A stretch of 64,000 nt of DNA from Squalus acanthias. Taxonomy: Eukaryota. Made by a program: the position numbers and the translations under genes. The notes beneath the pieces were generated by a model that saw nothing but the letters and a program-made list of their open reading frames with translations, was not told the DNA's origin and did no database searches. Shown one piece after another: positions 24,480 to 37,631 of this stretch (position 1 is the first letter of the stretch; every line of letters begins with the position of its first letter). The DNA is taken from NCBI GenBank assembly GCA_030390025.1, contig CM059432.1, positions 121,770,001 through 121,834,000 on the forward strand. Reading direction: 5' to 3'.

Positions 24480-25236
24480 TTGAGAAATTGAGTCGCATCC
24501 CCTTAGGGGCGTTAACTTCACCGGGGCGCTACTTTCAGCACCCTGGAAAAATTAGCACCCCCGCGGCCGAAAATGAGTGGTGGCACCCCAAGAAGGAAGC
24601 AGGGCGCTTCTGGAAGTGTCTCACCCCCCTCTTGGGGCGCGGTGAGGGAATATCGCGGCGCAAAGGGGTGCTGCGGCACGTCGCGCTGTGGTACTGGAGG
24701 CCTTCCTCCCCTTCTTAAAGGCGAGGGGCCTTGCGCAGCGCAACCTGGGGCCCAGCTGGGCCACTGGAGATTGGAGTGCCGGCAAAAGAGCCCGGCACTC
24801 AAGAGAAGTGCCGGGCTCATGGAGCGCAGCCGGCACTCCGCGGGGGGGTGGGTCAGGAGGCCGGGGATGGGAGAGGGGCAATTGCTGGCAGGCGGCCAGC
24901 AACAAAAATGACCGCCCGGCAACTCGCATTTAAATAGCGCCGCCCCAGCCGCAGGTAGACCCCCCTTGACCCCGTTGGAAATAGCGTCCGGCGATAAGTC
25001 AGGGGGCGCTACCGAAGATCGCGGCTGGGGCGCGAGTGGGGAGCTGCACACGGCAATGACGTCATTGCCGGTGGTGCAGCGCCGCAGGGCGCTAACGGTT
25101 GGCGCCGCCGCTAACCTCCCGCTGAATTTCACAGGAGGCGTTGGCAGCGCCACGCCCGGGCGCTAGTTACTTTGCGCCCCGTTAGCGCCCTCTTAGGGTG
25201 CTAACGGGAGTCAAAAAGCAACCGAATTTTTACCCG
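24480..25236. mobile_element. Harbinger-type MITE related to copy 5
   Basis: GC-rich; TAGCGC repeats; TGACGTCA; right end GAATTTTTACCC. Confidence 0.65.
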
Positions 25237-25239
25237 AGT

Positions 25240-27368
25240 GTCTCCGATTCCACCAATTCTGTCGGCAGCGAATTTCAGGTCATCACCACTCGCTGCTAAA
25301 AAAAGTTTTTCCTCATGTCCCGCCTGTATCTCTTGCCCAAAACCTTAAATCTGTGTCCCCTAGTCCCTGTACCATCAACTAGTGGGAACCGCCTTTCCCC
25401 GTCTAGCCTATCCAAATCGTCATAATCTTGTACACCTCTATCAAATCACCCCTCAACCTCCTTTGCTTTAATGAAAACAAATCCAGCTTCTCCAACCTGT
25501 TCTTGTAGCTAAGATCCCCCATCCCTGGAACCATTCTAGTAAATCTCCTCTGCATCCTCTCAAGGGCCTTCACATCCTTCGTACGGTGTGGTGACCAGAA
25601 CTGGACGCAATACTCCAGTTGTGGCCTAACCAGCGCTTTATAAAGATTCAGCATAACTTCTCTACTTTTATACTCAATACCTCTATTTATGAAACCCATG
25701 ATCCCATATGCTTTGCTAAACACTCTCTCAATATGTCCTGCCACCTTCAGGGACCTATGCACATTAACTCCCAGGTCCCTCTGTCCCTGCACACTCTTTA
25801 AAACTGTGCCATTAAGTGTATATTGCCTCTCCCTGTTCCTTCTGCCAAAATGCATCACCTCACACTTCCCTGTATTGAATTCCATCTGCCACTTGTCTGC
25901 CCATTCTGCTAGCCTTTCTATGTCCTGTTGCAGTCAATTGGTATCATCCTCACTGTTTGTCACACCCCCAAGTTTGGTGTCATCGGCAAATTTAGAAATT
26001 CTACTTTGTATTCCAATATCCAGGTCATTTATACATATCAAAAAATGCAATGGCCCCTACACTGACCCTTGGAGAACACCACTGTCTAGTATCCTCCAGT
26101 CTGAAAAACAGCCATTTACCACAACTCACTGTTTTCTGTCCTTAAGCCAATTCCTTATCCAAGCTGCCACTGACCCACCTATTCCATGAGCCTCAATTTT
26201 GTTAACCAGCCTTCTATGTGGTACTTCTTCAAACGCATTCCAAAAATCCATGTAGACAACATCCTTCATCAATCCTCTCTGTTACTTCATCAACAAATTC
26301 AATTAGATGAGTCAAACATGATCTGCCTTTTACAAATCCGTGTTGGCTCTCCTTAATTAGCTTAAACCTCTCCAAGTGCCCATTAATTTTTTCCTTGATT
26401 ATTTCTAAAATTGTACCCACCACTGATGTTAAACTGACCAGCCTGTAGTTACTAGGATTGTCCTTACACCCTTTCTTGAACAATGGTGTCACATTTGCCA
26501 CTTTCCAATCCTCAGGCACCTCCCCCGCATCTAGGGAAGATTGGAAAATTATGGCAAACCCTTCCGCTATCTCCTCCCCCAATTCCCTTAGCAATCTGGG
26601 ATGCAAGCCATCTGGACCAGGCAACTTATCCACTCTAAGTATACCCAACCTTTCTTGTTCATCCTGTCTATCAATTTTCACCCCTTCCATTGCTTCTACC
26701 TTTTCCACTTCTACCGATATTTTGTCAGCATCCATCTCCTTAGTAAACACTGATACAAAGTACTCATTGAGTATTCTAGCCTTGCCCTGCGCCTCTAAGC
26801 ATATAACACCTTCTTCGTCACTAATAGGCCCCACCCGCCTCTTACTACCCGCTTACTGTTTGCATGCCAGTAGAAGATTTTTGGATTCTCTTTTATGTTA
26901 ACCGCCATTCTACTCTCATATTCTCTCTTTGCCAATGTTATTTTCATCTTCACTTCCCCTCTCAACTTATTGTATTTGGTCTGGTTCTCCCTTGAAGAAT
27001 TCACCTGACATTCATCATACACTTTTTTTATTTCATCATCTTCTCTATCTCCCTCGTCATCCAAGGAGCCCTTGCTTTTTTTCCCTTACCCTTCCCTCTT
27101 ATTGGAACGTACCTAGCCTTTATTTGGAACATCTCCTCCTTAAAGATCACCCATTGTTCCGTTATAGTTTTTCCTGTCAGTCTTTGGTTCCATTTTACCC
27201 TGGCTAGATCCTTTCGCATCCCATTGAAGTTAACCCTATTCCAGTTTAAAAGTTCCACTCTAGATTGTTCCTTGCTCCTCTCCATTGCTAATCTAAATCT
27301 TATGATACGATGATCACTCGTACCCAAGTGTTCTCCCACAGACACTTGGTCGACCTGGCCCACCTCAT
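25240..27368 (-). mobile_element. Degraded CR1 ORF2 fragment
   Basis: SDH, PGPDG, QHGF, RPQLEYCVQFW in broken frames. Confidence 0.88.
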
Positions 27369-27659
27369 AAGGCAGCTTAGAATTTACAGAATATATTAGA
27401 CAAAATAAATAACTTAGCAGACGAATGCAGGTAAAATTTAATTCAAACAGCTATGCAGCACTGCACATAGGAAGAGAAAATTTGTGATGCAAATATTCTA
27501 TGAATTGTGTTAAAATAGTTAAGATTGAATTTCAAATTAAGTGGAATGTTGAACTACATAGTTAGGAAGCGTGTACAGTGCTCTGGTCAGACCATACTTT
27601 GAATACTGTACCCAGATCTGTCCCCCAAACACAAGTAAAAGAAACAATACTCAACTTTT

Positions 27660-28200
27660 ATTGCTACTGGAGAGTTTCAGATGGATATATTGCCTGCCTC
27701 AGCCAATAGCAGTGCTCAAATGCACCCACTAGTTCAGTGATTCCCTGTTTGCCAGGGAAAATAACTCCATTGTTTAGTCCATGGCTGCGAAGGAGCACCA
27801 AGCATGTGCCCTTGGTTTTTACTATCTCGCTGGTTTTCGCAACTGAAGAGTCCTTTACATAAATATTAAGGGTACTACTCAATCATGTCCAGATAGATTT
27901 CTTTACAGTTTACTCAATGTTTTTTCCAGCAGTCCCCCATTGTTTAATGAAGGTCAAAGATCCAAGGGCTGGCTGCTAGGGGACCACTGTTGCTTTGACT
28001 TATGTCTCCCCGCCATTCACCATTTATTGCAGCAGAGCAGAGGTACATTGATGCTCAGGCATCCACCCTTATTTTGGACATTAGAAACTTCAGTTACTGA
28101 GAAAAGCATTTTGAGTGATTTGTGCGGAAGGATAGATTTCAGCACCCTGTAGAACACTGAGTGTGATGTGGCATCTCTAACATTGAAATTCATATCATAG
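27660..28200 (+). pseudogene. Ancient Harbinger transposase fossil
   Basis: ALGFYYLAGF (cf. ALGFARVAGF), PPLF...GWLLGD, AAEQRYIDAQAST in order, with stops and frameshifts. Confidence 0.6.
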
Positions 28201-28506
28201 GACCATCTAGTGGAGTCACAGCCAAGGGCTACAGCAATGTGGACATTTTTATAATGGAATTTTCTTTCGGAAGGGTTTATATAGGAATTTTCCATGTATT
28301 GAGTTTGATGTATACATTATATATATTTTTTACTTTTGATATTATATATATATGAAAATCATTTGCAAGAGAATCAGGAATGGTGAAAGCCATCTTTATT
28401 AAGCAGCTTGAAGTTTAAATAGTGCAACAATTGAATTAAGCAAGTGTAACTGCAACAGGAAATGCAAAACTGCTTCTCTGTTGCAAAAAGAAGTGCCAAA
28501 ACAATT

Positions 28507-30065
28507 GGGCCGCGAAATTCGGTATTTTAGCGCCTCCCGTTAGCACCTGGTGGGGGCGCTAACGGGGCGCTAAGGGGTTAGCGCCTGGACGCGGCGAATG
28601 CAACGATGCCCGCGAACTTCAGTGCCGGTTTAGCGCTGGCGTTAACTCTCAGTGTCTGGGCCTCTAGCGCCTCGCAGATCATGACGTCATAAAGTGCGCA
28701 GCGCCCCGTTATCGCACTGGATGGAAAATTGACTCTCGCACTCTGCTTTATCGCCTCACGCTGACAATGCCAGCATGAGAAGGCATTGTGACCTCAGCTG
28801 GCCGCTTCAGGAGCAGTAATTAAAGGGAATGCTTTTCAGCTATCGCAACCTTTATTATTTGCACCAGTCTGGTGCCTGCACAAAGTTTTTAATGTTTCAT
28901 TGGTGCAAGATGTCCAAGCCCTCCACTTTGTGAGAGTATTTGAGGCTGTAATGGGCGTCACCCAGGTCGCCTTGCAAAACAGAACTGATGACAAATAGCT
29001 TGTGCAGCATCATTGGCCTTTCCCTTTAAGCGAGGGAAGCAGCCTCTGTGATGAAAGAGTGCCGTTCACAATGTGCTCGAAATTATTTAGTGCTCTGCCA
29101 CTACTGCCCCGCTCTCGGACTTTAGCGCCATAAGAGAAGTGGTTAGCGCTTGATTTAGCGCTCCACTTCCCTCTTGGAGCGCTAAAACTGAATTTCACGG
29201 AGGGGAGAATGATTAGTGCCTGGCGCTAATTTTTCAACGTATTGGACCGGATTTTCCGACCCCCACGGATGCGTACGAGGTGTGAACGCACCTGTAGGGG
29301 CCTCGCAAGTGCCGGTTTCAGGCATGCGAAGCTTATGCGCTGAAAACCGGCACTTGCTATCTGTCAAGAATCAAGAATCCTTTTGACAGATCATCCGCCT
29401 GCTCTGGAGAAGGGCCTCCGTGGGCAGGGAGTTCCACTTTCTTCACAACTTCCGCCCGCTGAAAACCTTTAAATATCTTATGCCTGGTAAAAGCAGGCGT
29501 AAGGCCTGATTTTACCAGCATAAGAATTTTTAAAAAATAGAAAAATAATTTTTTTTCACTCATTTATAATTTAAAAATACTTTAAAAAAAGTTAAGTTTA
29601 TTTTTAGCCCCGTAAAAAACTTTAATTATTTTTTTCAAAAAATTAAATTTTTGTTTAAAATATTTAATTAAATGTAATTTTAACTCATTTTAAATACGTG
29701 ATTTAAAAAAAAAAATTATTTAATGCTTAACTGTTTTTTAAGTGATCCCCATTCATACTTTTGACAGATCTGTACGTAGAGACCTGTCAAAGTGTAAAGT
29801 GGAATTCCCTTCTTTGATTGGTTTCCCCATGGCCCACGTGATCCCAGGAGCGCTTGCGAACCACCTGCACCCCTGGGATACCTGGGCCTCTGCCCGCGCG
29901 GACCAGGAGAGGCCCAGGATCGCAAGCCTCGGAACCTATGGAGCCAGCAGGTAAGTGCGTAGATTTTTTCTGATCGGAGGCATCTGCATGCAGGATGCCT
30001 CCGATCGGAAATACAGGGCCATAAAATTTTAGTGCCCCAAACGGGGCTATACCGAATTTTTCCCC
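28507..30065. mobile_element. Harbinger MITE (same family as 55230-55969) containing a nested MITE
   Basis: Imperfect TIR ...GAAATTCGG / CCGAATTTTTCCCC; collinear with 55230-55969. Confidence 0.8.
29244..30020. mobile_element. MITE of the AT-core (hairpin/CCAAT/E-box) family
   Basis: GGACCGGATTTTCCGA / TCGGAAATACAGGGCC; collinear with 49165-54159 once Harbinger copy 5 is removed. Confidence 0.8.
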
Positions 30066-30150
30066 TTGCTGTTTTGCTGCACAATGGCAATAGTAAGGGC
30101 ACCTCCCCAAAACACAAAGGTGAAGAGAGTGGAGAAGGGTGAGAACATAT

Positions 30151-31367
30151 GGGCCCAGATTTTGCGGGGCCAATGACGATGTGTCGTAAGCCTTGTAAAA
30201 GGCCCCGCAAGTTCCGGGTTTCTGCAGGCGCTGTGCATGCGCAAAAACCCAGAACTTGCAATCTGCCAAGGTTTGCCTTGACAGATCTACTGAACCGACC
30301 CGAAAATCACTTTCACTGGCGCAGAGTTGGGCTATTTGCCCAACTACTGCCCAGCGAATGCCCACAAAACCCTTATGCCTGGTAAAAGTAGGCGTAGGGC
30401 TTGATTTCACCAATGTAAGAGTTAATATAAATGTTAAATTAAAAAATTTAATATAAGAACTCATCCACAAACATTTAAAATTAGTTTATGTAAGTTTTGG
30501 CCTGGATTAAAATGTTTAAAATTATTTTTCAAAAATTTTAATATTTATTGTAAATGCTTCATTAAAGAGACTTTTAATTAAATGGGAAAATGTGAACATT
30601 TATTTTTATACCAATTGTGTAAATTATTTAATTAATTAGGGATTCCTCATAATAGGCGTATGGTAGCATAGTGGTTATGTTACTGCACTAGTAATCCAGA
30701 GGCCTGGACGAATGATCCGGAGACATGAGTTCAAATCCCAACACGGCAGCTGTGGAATTTAAATTCAGTTCATTAAATAAATCTGGAATTTAAAAAAGTA
30801 ATGGTGACCATGCAACTGCCGGATTTTTGGATAAACCCATCTCATTCACTAATGTCCTTTAGGGAAGGAAATCTGCCATCCTTACCTGGTCTGGCCTATG
30901 TGTGACTCCAGACCCACAGCAACATGGTTGGCTCTTAACTGCCCTCTGAAACAGCCCAGCCAGCCACTCAGTTGTACCAAACCACTACAGCAAAGTCAGC
31001 GCTGTCACCACACGGACTGCAGCGGTTCAAGAAGGCAGCTCACTGCCACTTTTTCAAGGGTAATTAGGGATGGGCAATAATTGCCAGCGACGCCCACATC
31101 CCGGAACGATTTTTAAAAAAATATGCTAATGGGGATTCCGTTCGTAAATGGAATCCCCAATAGGGTATGAGGAATCCTCCTTTCTGATAGGAGGACCAGT
31201 GCACAGTCTGTCAGGCACCGCATTCGTCGCTAGGCTGTACGTTCCTATCATGTTAATTAGCAGGCATCACCAAATTAATGTGCTGCCTGTGCTTTCTGAA
31301 TGGACGCGGGCATATCTCGCATCGCGGTGCCCATGCCTGTTTTTTATCGCTGTCGAATCTCACCCCC
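30151..31367. mobile_element. Diverged AT-core MITE containing a SINE
   Basis: GGGCCCAGATTTTGC start; GCATGCGC, CTGCCAAG..CTTGACAG, CCTGGTAAAAG shared with 29244; AT-rich core. Confidence 0.6.
30655..31122 (+). mobile_element. tRNA-derived SINE whose tail comes from the KKAAHHH-type LINE
   Basis: A box GGTAGCATAGTGG, B box GAGTTCAAATCC; 3' end GGACTGCAGCGGTTCAAGAAGG...GATGGGCAATAA matches 38880-38970. Confidence 0.8.
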
Positions 31368-32877
31368 ATAGCCTAAATTGAGGGTACGTTATCATAGGTG
31401 GACACATGTGTGAACACCTTATGAGGTTGGGGTTTCAGATTAAACAAGGGTGCATATTATAAGTCAACGATCTACAATATTTGTCAATTCCTGATGTATT
31501 AATTCCTTATGAGGCTCAAGTTTCACATCTAATATTCAGAGTTTGTAAATCCTGTGCATCAGTTTTCAGTTCCAGATTAACATTTTTTTTATTATGTCTT
31601 CAGATCAATAAATCATGCCTTTAATATTGAGATCTACTCACTTGTAGCTCCAATCTTATTTAATAAATCCTGAACTGGAGTGTTCTGCTTTAGTAAATCC
31701 TGGTATTTTTAATGCCTCCCAATTAACATATTTCATAACTTAATTTAGCATGATGGCACAGAATTTCCTACACCATTTGATTGCTATTTAAGTAGCCTGC
31801 CTTCTGATCCATGGAACTCAGTGTTTAATTGGCAGTTGCATCACACATTCAGAAAATATGGCTTCAGGGTGTGTATTAGTTTAGCAGACTCAACAAACCC
31901 GCACTTGTGGCAATTTATAGCACGGGGAAAACTCAACACATTGATGCACTTTAGGCACTGAATCTTTCTCTCTCTGTTTTCCATCAGTCTCATTACTTTC
32001 CAACGGTGTACTTAGAAGTGTTATGATGTACACTACAGGATAGGATTTAACAAATCTAGTTGTTGGAAGTCAGGAATTGGTGTATCTGAATAGTAAATTT
32101 ATATCAACATTTGTAATTTAGAGTAAGAATTTGTTGAATAGCAATTCATAAAATACATTTAATATAAATGGAGATTTACATCTAGATTTTAAAGGAAGTG
32201 TGATACAGATTTAAAAGTGGATGAGATTTGTTTTGATTCAGTTTTGGGGAATTTATATAAACCTCCATATTTAAAGACAGAGACATAAACAGATGCTTAA
32301 GTATGAAAGGATTTGTTGGAGTGAATTTAAGAAAATCCAACCCAGATTGATGTTACAAAAGTTTACTCTGTCTATTGGCTGCAAAGGTTCCACATGAAAT
32401 GACTTTGGGCAGTCTTAGTCAAGCACAAATTGGCACTAAATGGCAACCTCAGTGAAGCCAGAAGGAGAGGGAAATGAACATCACTCTAGTGCATTGCTCT
32501 TCTGAGACTGAGGCTAAGGCACATTGGGACACATGTCGAATTAGGGCTGCTGCCAGCCCAAATCTGATTGGTGTACACTTCAAACTGTAGTGTGTAATTG
32601 GAAAGACTTAATTTAGGTGTTAAACCCAGGTTTCTTTTCAATACCAAGATTTTTTTTAGCACTCCGGAAACCACAGGAATGGGGTATCCCTTTAAACTAA
32701 TGCAATTAGTGGGTCTGTATTAATAACATGGTATCTGATAAATTGTCTATAGCATCTTGCCTTTCCGAAAAAATAGCCTGATGTTCAACTCTGTCTCAGA
32801 TGGAGGAAATGCACTTACAGCTGTTACCTCTCCAGGATCTGACTTAATGCCTTTAGGAGAAACACTACGGAATCATT

Positions 32878-33424
32878 GGACTCAATTTTCACTTGTATCG
32901 CCTGGCGTTAACGGGGCAGTAACGGCCTTAGTGACTCGTAAGCCCTGCTGAAGAGGCCCGCTGTAACTTTCACAGGGGCCTACTGCTGGGCGACCAAAGC
33001 GCCTGCCTGAAACAAGCTGTAAGCCTCTTCCCCATGCAAGTGATGGCAGTAGGATCCCAATTGCAATTTCAAGACTCACATGGGCGGAGCTCGCGACACC
33101 AATGCTCCGCCCATGTGCACTGGTGTTCCGATAAGGAAACGGCCGGAAAAAATTTAAACAAAAATATTTTTGTGGAGCAGGAAGGAGCAGGAGTACTCAT
33201 CCTAGCCTCACAAAAGTAATGAGGACCTCTGCCGGCCCTGCCTCGCCCAAGCCTTGCCCCGCCACGACATTGCGTTTCCCCCCACCCTACTTACATGTGG
33301 CCCGCTGCCACTGTCCCAGACGGCCAAAATTCCTGAGGCCGAACAGCAGCCAGCTGCATCAGGACCCCTATTTGGCATCTATAGCTTGCCTGCCAAATGA
33401 GGCCGAGGCCCCAAAATCACGGTC
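32878..33424. mobile_element. Probable degraded MITE
   Basis: GC/CpG-rich island with TIR-like GGACTCAATTTT / AAAATCACGGTC. Confidence 0.45.
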
Positions 33425-33469
33425 ACCTCTTTGCCGCCAGAACATATGATCAGCAATCCCATTTCCTTG

Positions 33470-33969
33470 CCCTTAACCAATACCCCTTTCTAAATGTTTC
33501 ATTTTCAAATATTAAGTCACTTCCCTTTGAAAAACAATTATGGATTGTGCTTTCAGCTCTGTCACAGGTAGGGCAATCCATGTTCTAATAATTCTCTGCA
33601 TAAAAAACCTCTCCTCACCACTTCTTAACATGATCTTAAATTTATGTCCTCTAGTTACAAACTCATCGACCAGTGGAAACAGCTTTTCCCTATTTATTTT
33701 ATCAAAAACCCTCATAATTCTGAACACCTCTACCAGATCCCCTCTTAACCCTCTCTGCTCGATTGAAAAGAATGCCAGTTTCTCTATTTTCTCCTTATAA
33801 TAAAAGCCTCTGATTCCTGCTGTCATCTTAATAAATCTCTTTTGCATCCTCTCCTTGGCTTTGACATCCATCTTAAAGCAAGGCACAATATTCTAACTGC
33901 AATCTAATCAATGATTTTGATAGGTTTAGTGTCACCTCTTTGCTTTTGTACTCTATTTCTTAAACCTAA
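33470..33969 (-). mobile_element. Degraded CR1 3' fragment
   Basis: ERMQKRF...LRGDLVEVF...TRGHKFK. Confidence 0.8.
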
Positions 33970-34231
33970 GGGGCTACAAATTGGATTAGAACCAAAAACG
34001 GGCGCGAGGATCGTGATCTGTGATTGGCCTGTGCCCGTTGAAAGGAATGCAGGAATCAGGCGACCTTCCTGTGCTGCCTGCTAATTACAATGATTGCAGC
34101 ATTCAGCCTGGCGCTGAATGCACTGCTGAGTGTCTGAACACTCAGCAGGGGGTGTATGTTTGTGTGTGCCTAGCTCCAATTAAAGCTAGCCTCCACTTCT
34201 TAAAGGCAGTCTGCACCTCTTTAAGAGGAGG

Positions 34232-36102
34232 AAGGTATAGAGTGGTGTTCCCCAGGGGTCGGTTCTAGGACCACTGCTTTTCTTGATATATATTAATGAC
34301 TTAGATGTGGCTGTACAGGGCACAATTTCAAAATTTGCAGATGACACAAAACTTGGAGGTATAGTGAACAGTGAGGAAGATACGTGATAGACTTCAAGAG
34401 GACATAGACAGGCTGGTGGAATGGGCGCACACGTGGCAGATGAAATTTTACACAGAAAATTGCAAAGTGATACATTTTGGTAGAAAGAATGAAGAGAGGA
34501 CATATAAACTAAATGGTACAATCCTAAAGGGGATGCATGAACAGAAAGACCTAGGGGTATATGTGCACAAATCATTGAAGGTGGCAGGGCAGGTTGAGAA
34601 AGCAGTTAAAAAAGCTTACGGGATCCTGGGCTTCATGAATAGAGGTATAGGGCTGGATTTTCATTGAACCGTGCAGGCGGGTTTGGAGGCATGTGGGGGG
34701 TTAAAGTTGCAGATTCGGGGGTCCCGAACCCATCCCGCCCCCAACCCACCTCCATGCCAGTTTCGGTGGAGGCGGGTACCCGACCTGTGCTGGGACTCGC
34801 CTCCCCGAGGCGGGAAGGGGAATAGTGGCAATAAACTGCCTGTTAACAGGTAGTTAACAGGCAGTTTTTTGCCTAATCCCTATTTTGATGCATGAAATGT
34901 GGACTTCCCGACAGGTCCCAACCACGGCAAGTTAGCGAGGCGGACCGTGGGTCTGCAGGGGTTGGAGGGGTCGATCTGTCCGGTGGGCAGGTGAGTGAAG
35001 AGTGCATGTGTGCAGAGGTAATTGTGTAAGGTAAGTGTAAAGTGTGGGAAAAAGTTTTACTTACCTTAACTTCTTCCTGCAGGTGTCAGCCCTTCAGGTC
35101 TCGGGAGTCAGAAATCTCACCGGCACAGAAAGCACAATGGCCGTGGTGCTGTCAAAAACTCTAGCCTCTGTTTTCTGTGCTGGAATGATTTCTAACTCAG
35201 CCTGAGAGGAAGGACTCAATTTAGAAGACAGATTGTCAGTGTTTGACAGCTTCAAAGAGCTGTCAAACGCTGATATTTCATCTGTCAAAAGCTCTTGACA
35301 GATGAAATGTCAATCTGTGACGTCACCTGTTGCCGGGTGGCCCTTAATTGGCCTGCTGAGCTCGCTGGGCGGGCTCAACAAGGTCAATCAAGTGAAAATG
35401 CAGTGGGTTGGCCACAAGTCGATGGAGGCGGGACTACAACCCAAAAAGTGGGAGTCCTGCCTCCATCACATCCCCAGTATCAAAATCCAGCCCATAGAGT
35501 ATAAAAAGCATGGAAATTATGATGAACCTGTATAAAACATTGGTTCGGCCCCAACTGGAGTATTGTGTCCAATTCTGGGCACCACATTTTAGGAAGGATG
35601 TGAAGGCTTTAGAGAAGGTGCAGAAAAGATTTACAAGAATGATCCCAGGGATAAGGGACTTCAGTTATGTGGATAAGTTGGGGTTGTTCTCCTTAGAGCA
35701 GAGAAGATTGAGAGGCGATTTGATAGAGGTGTTCAAAATCATGAGGGCTCTGGACAGAGTAGATAGAGAGAAACTGTTCCCATTGGCAGAAGGGTCGAGA
35801 ACCAGAGGACACAGATTTAAGGTGATTGGCAGAAGAACCAAAGGTGACATCAGGAAAAACTTCTTTAGTCAGCGAGTGTTTAGGATCTGGAATGCAATGC
35901 CTGAAAGGGTGGTGGAGGCAGACTCAATCACGGCTTTCAAAAGGGAATTGGATAAGTACCTGAGGAAAAAAATTTGCAGGGCTACAGGGAAAGGGCGGGG
36001 GAAGTGGGACTAGCTGAAGTGATCTTGCAGAGAGCTGGCATGGGCTCGACGGGCCGAATGGCCTCCTTCTGTGCTGTAACCATTCTATGATTCTATGATT
36101 CT
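34232..36102 (+). mobile_element. 5'-truncated CR1 with nested MITE
   Basis: GVPQGS, FADD, RPQLEYCVQFW; tail (ATTCTATG)n. Confidence 0.9.
34650..35493. mobile_element. Harbinger-type MITE, 844 bp
   Basis: Perfect 12-bp TIR GGGCTGGATTTT / AAAATCCAGCCC; ATA TSD; host CR1 rejoins across it. Confidence 0.9.
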
Positions 36103-36970
36103 GCCTGCAGCAGCTGCTAGAACTGGTTGTGGAGGCAAGGCTCAGAAAGAAGAGTGAATAATGGCTCAACAGTCCAGAGAAAGGGCTCCAAAGTTCTCGG
36201 ACGCAGCATTAGAAGCCTTAGTGCAGGAGTGGAAAGGAGGAGTCAGGTTCTCTAGCCACAGGAGGGCCAGACACACACTGCGAAGGCAGTGGGAGCAGAT
36301 AGCCGATGCGGTCAATGCCAGCAGTGTTGCCCTGAGGACATGGATGCATGTAGAAAGATGTTCAATGACCTCACAGTAGTCAAGGTCAGTGACTGCATCT
36401 TCAAATGCCATATCCGACCAACTGCACCACTGGCCTCACACACTGCTCAATCTATCACATCCCCATCACTCACCTACCAACAATCTCTATCAATCACGAC
36501 TCAAACCTTACATTCATAGTTTCACCTCACTCTCACACACTTACCACTGCTGCCCTTGTGCCTTTCTCCTTTCAGATACCCAAGAACTCCAACCTGGCCA
36601 GCCAGTGCAAGGAGAGCAAGAGGAGAGTGATGGAGAAGAAGAGACACCATCACTCGATCTGACAGTTGCAGCCACCAGCTCAGATACTGGCACTGCGCAG
36701 ACTTTAGAGGGTAGTATAGAGACGGGATCTGCACGTGGTGAGTCACCGGGCATGAGTGGGCTGTAGCCAGGACATTGGGAAAGGATAGCACAGGTGCCAG
36801 CTCCCCAGAGGACGAGGTTGCACACAAGTTCTGTTGCAGAGGACTCAGATGAGGACTTAGATGGGGCAGCCTACAGAAGAAGGCTGATGGGCATGCACAC
36901 CTGCCAGAGAGCCTGTTGTCAGTGTCAAGGAGCATGGAGTCATCCAGCACCAACTTTACACAGGGCTTTG

Positions 36971-37631
36971 TCCGTCCGGACACGCCTTGGCATGCCATCT
37001 TGCCGTCCGGCAGAGGCAGAGGTCCCCAATGGAGGGCTCTCTACGCGTGAGTCCTCCCTTTATCTATTGGGGACTTGGCCTGGAGGGTGTTGCACGGAGC
37101 AGTCCCGTGCAATAAAGTTTTAAGCAGGTTCACGGACTCCCAGGCCGCCTGCCTTTTCTGCGGCCTGGAGGAGTCCGTGTTCCATGTATACACCGAATGT
37201 GAGAGGTTGCAGCCCCTCTTTCATTATTTGAAGGGGCTGCTCCTCAATTTTTGGCTGCACTTCAGTCCCACGCTCCTGATCTTTGGTCACCCGGTGCGGA
37301 GGGGAGCGGGCAGATCGGAGGACCTCCTCGTAGGACTGCTCCTGGGCCTGGCTAAAGTGGCCATTAACTGGTCCAGGCAATGGGCGGTCGAGGGGGTCGT
37401 TCGGCCTGATTGCCTGCCTCTCTTCCACGGCCATGTTCGCGCCCGGGTGGCCCTGAAGATGGAGCACGCAGTGTCCTCCGGCACGCTTGAGGCCTTCCGC
37501 AACCGGTGGGCGCCGCGGGGACTGGAGTGCATCATCACCCCAGCCAATCAAATTTTAATTTAATTTGTTAAGGTTCCTTTAAAGTTTTATTAAGTTACAG
37601 TCCATTTGGTTAATCACCCAACTAAGAAGAG
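36971..37631 (+). mobile_element. 5'-truncated Tx1/L1-clade LINE (zf-RVT C-terminus)
   Basis: WRVLHGA...CLFCGLEESVFHVYTEC; 14-bp TSD TACACAGGGCTTTG (36957-36970, 37632-37645). Confidence 0.88.

Noticed and set aside
24518..25166. GC-rich ORFs in the MITE
   Set aside because: Stop-poor because of base composition; no motifs.
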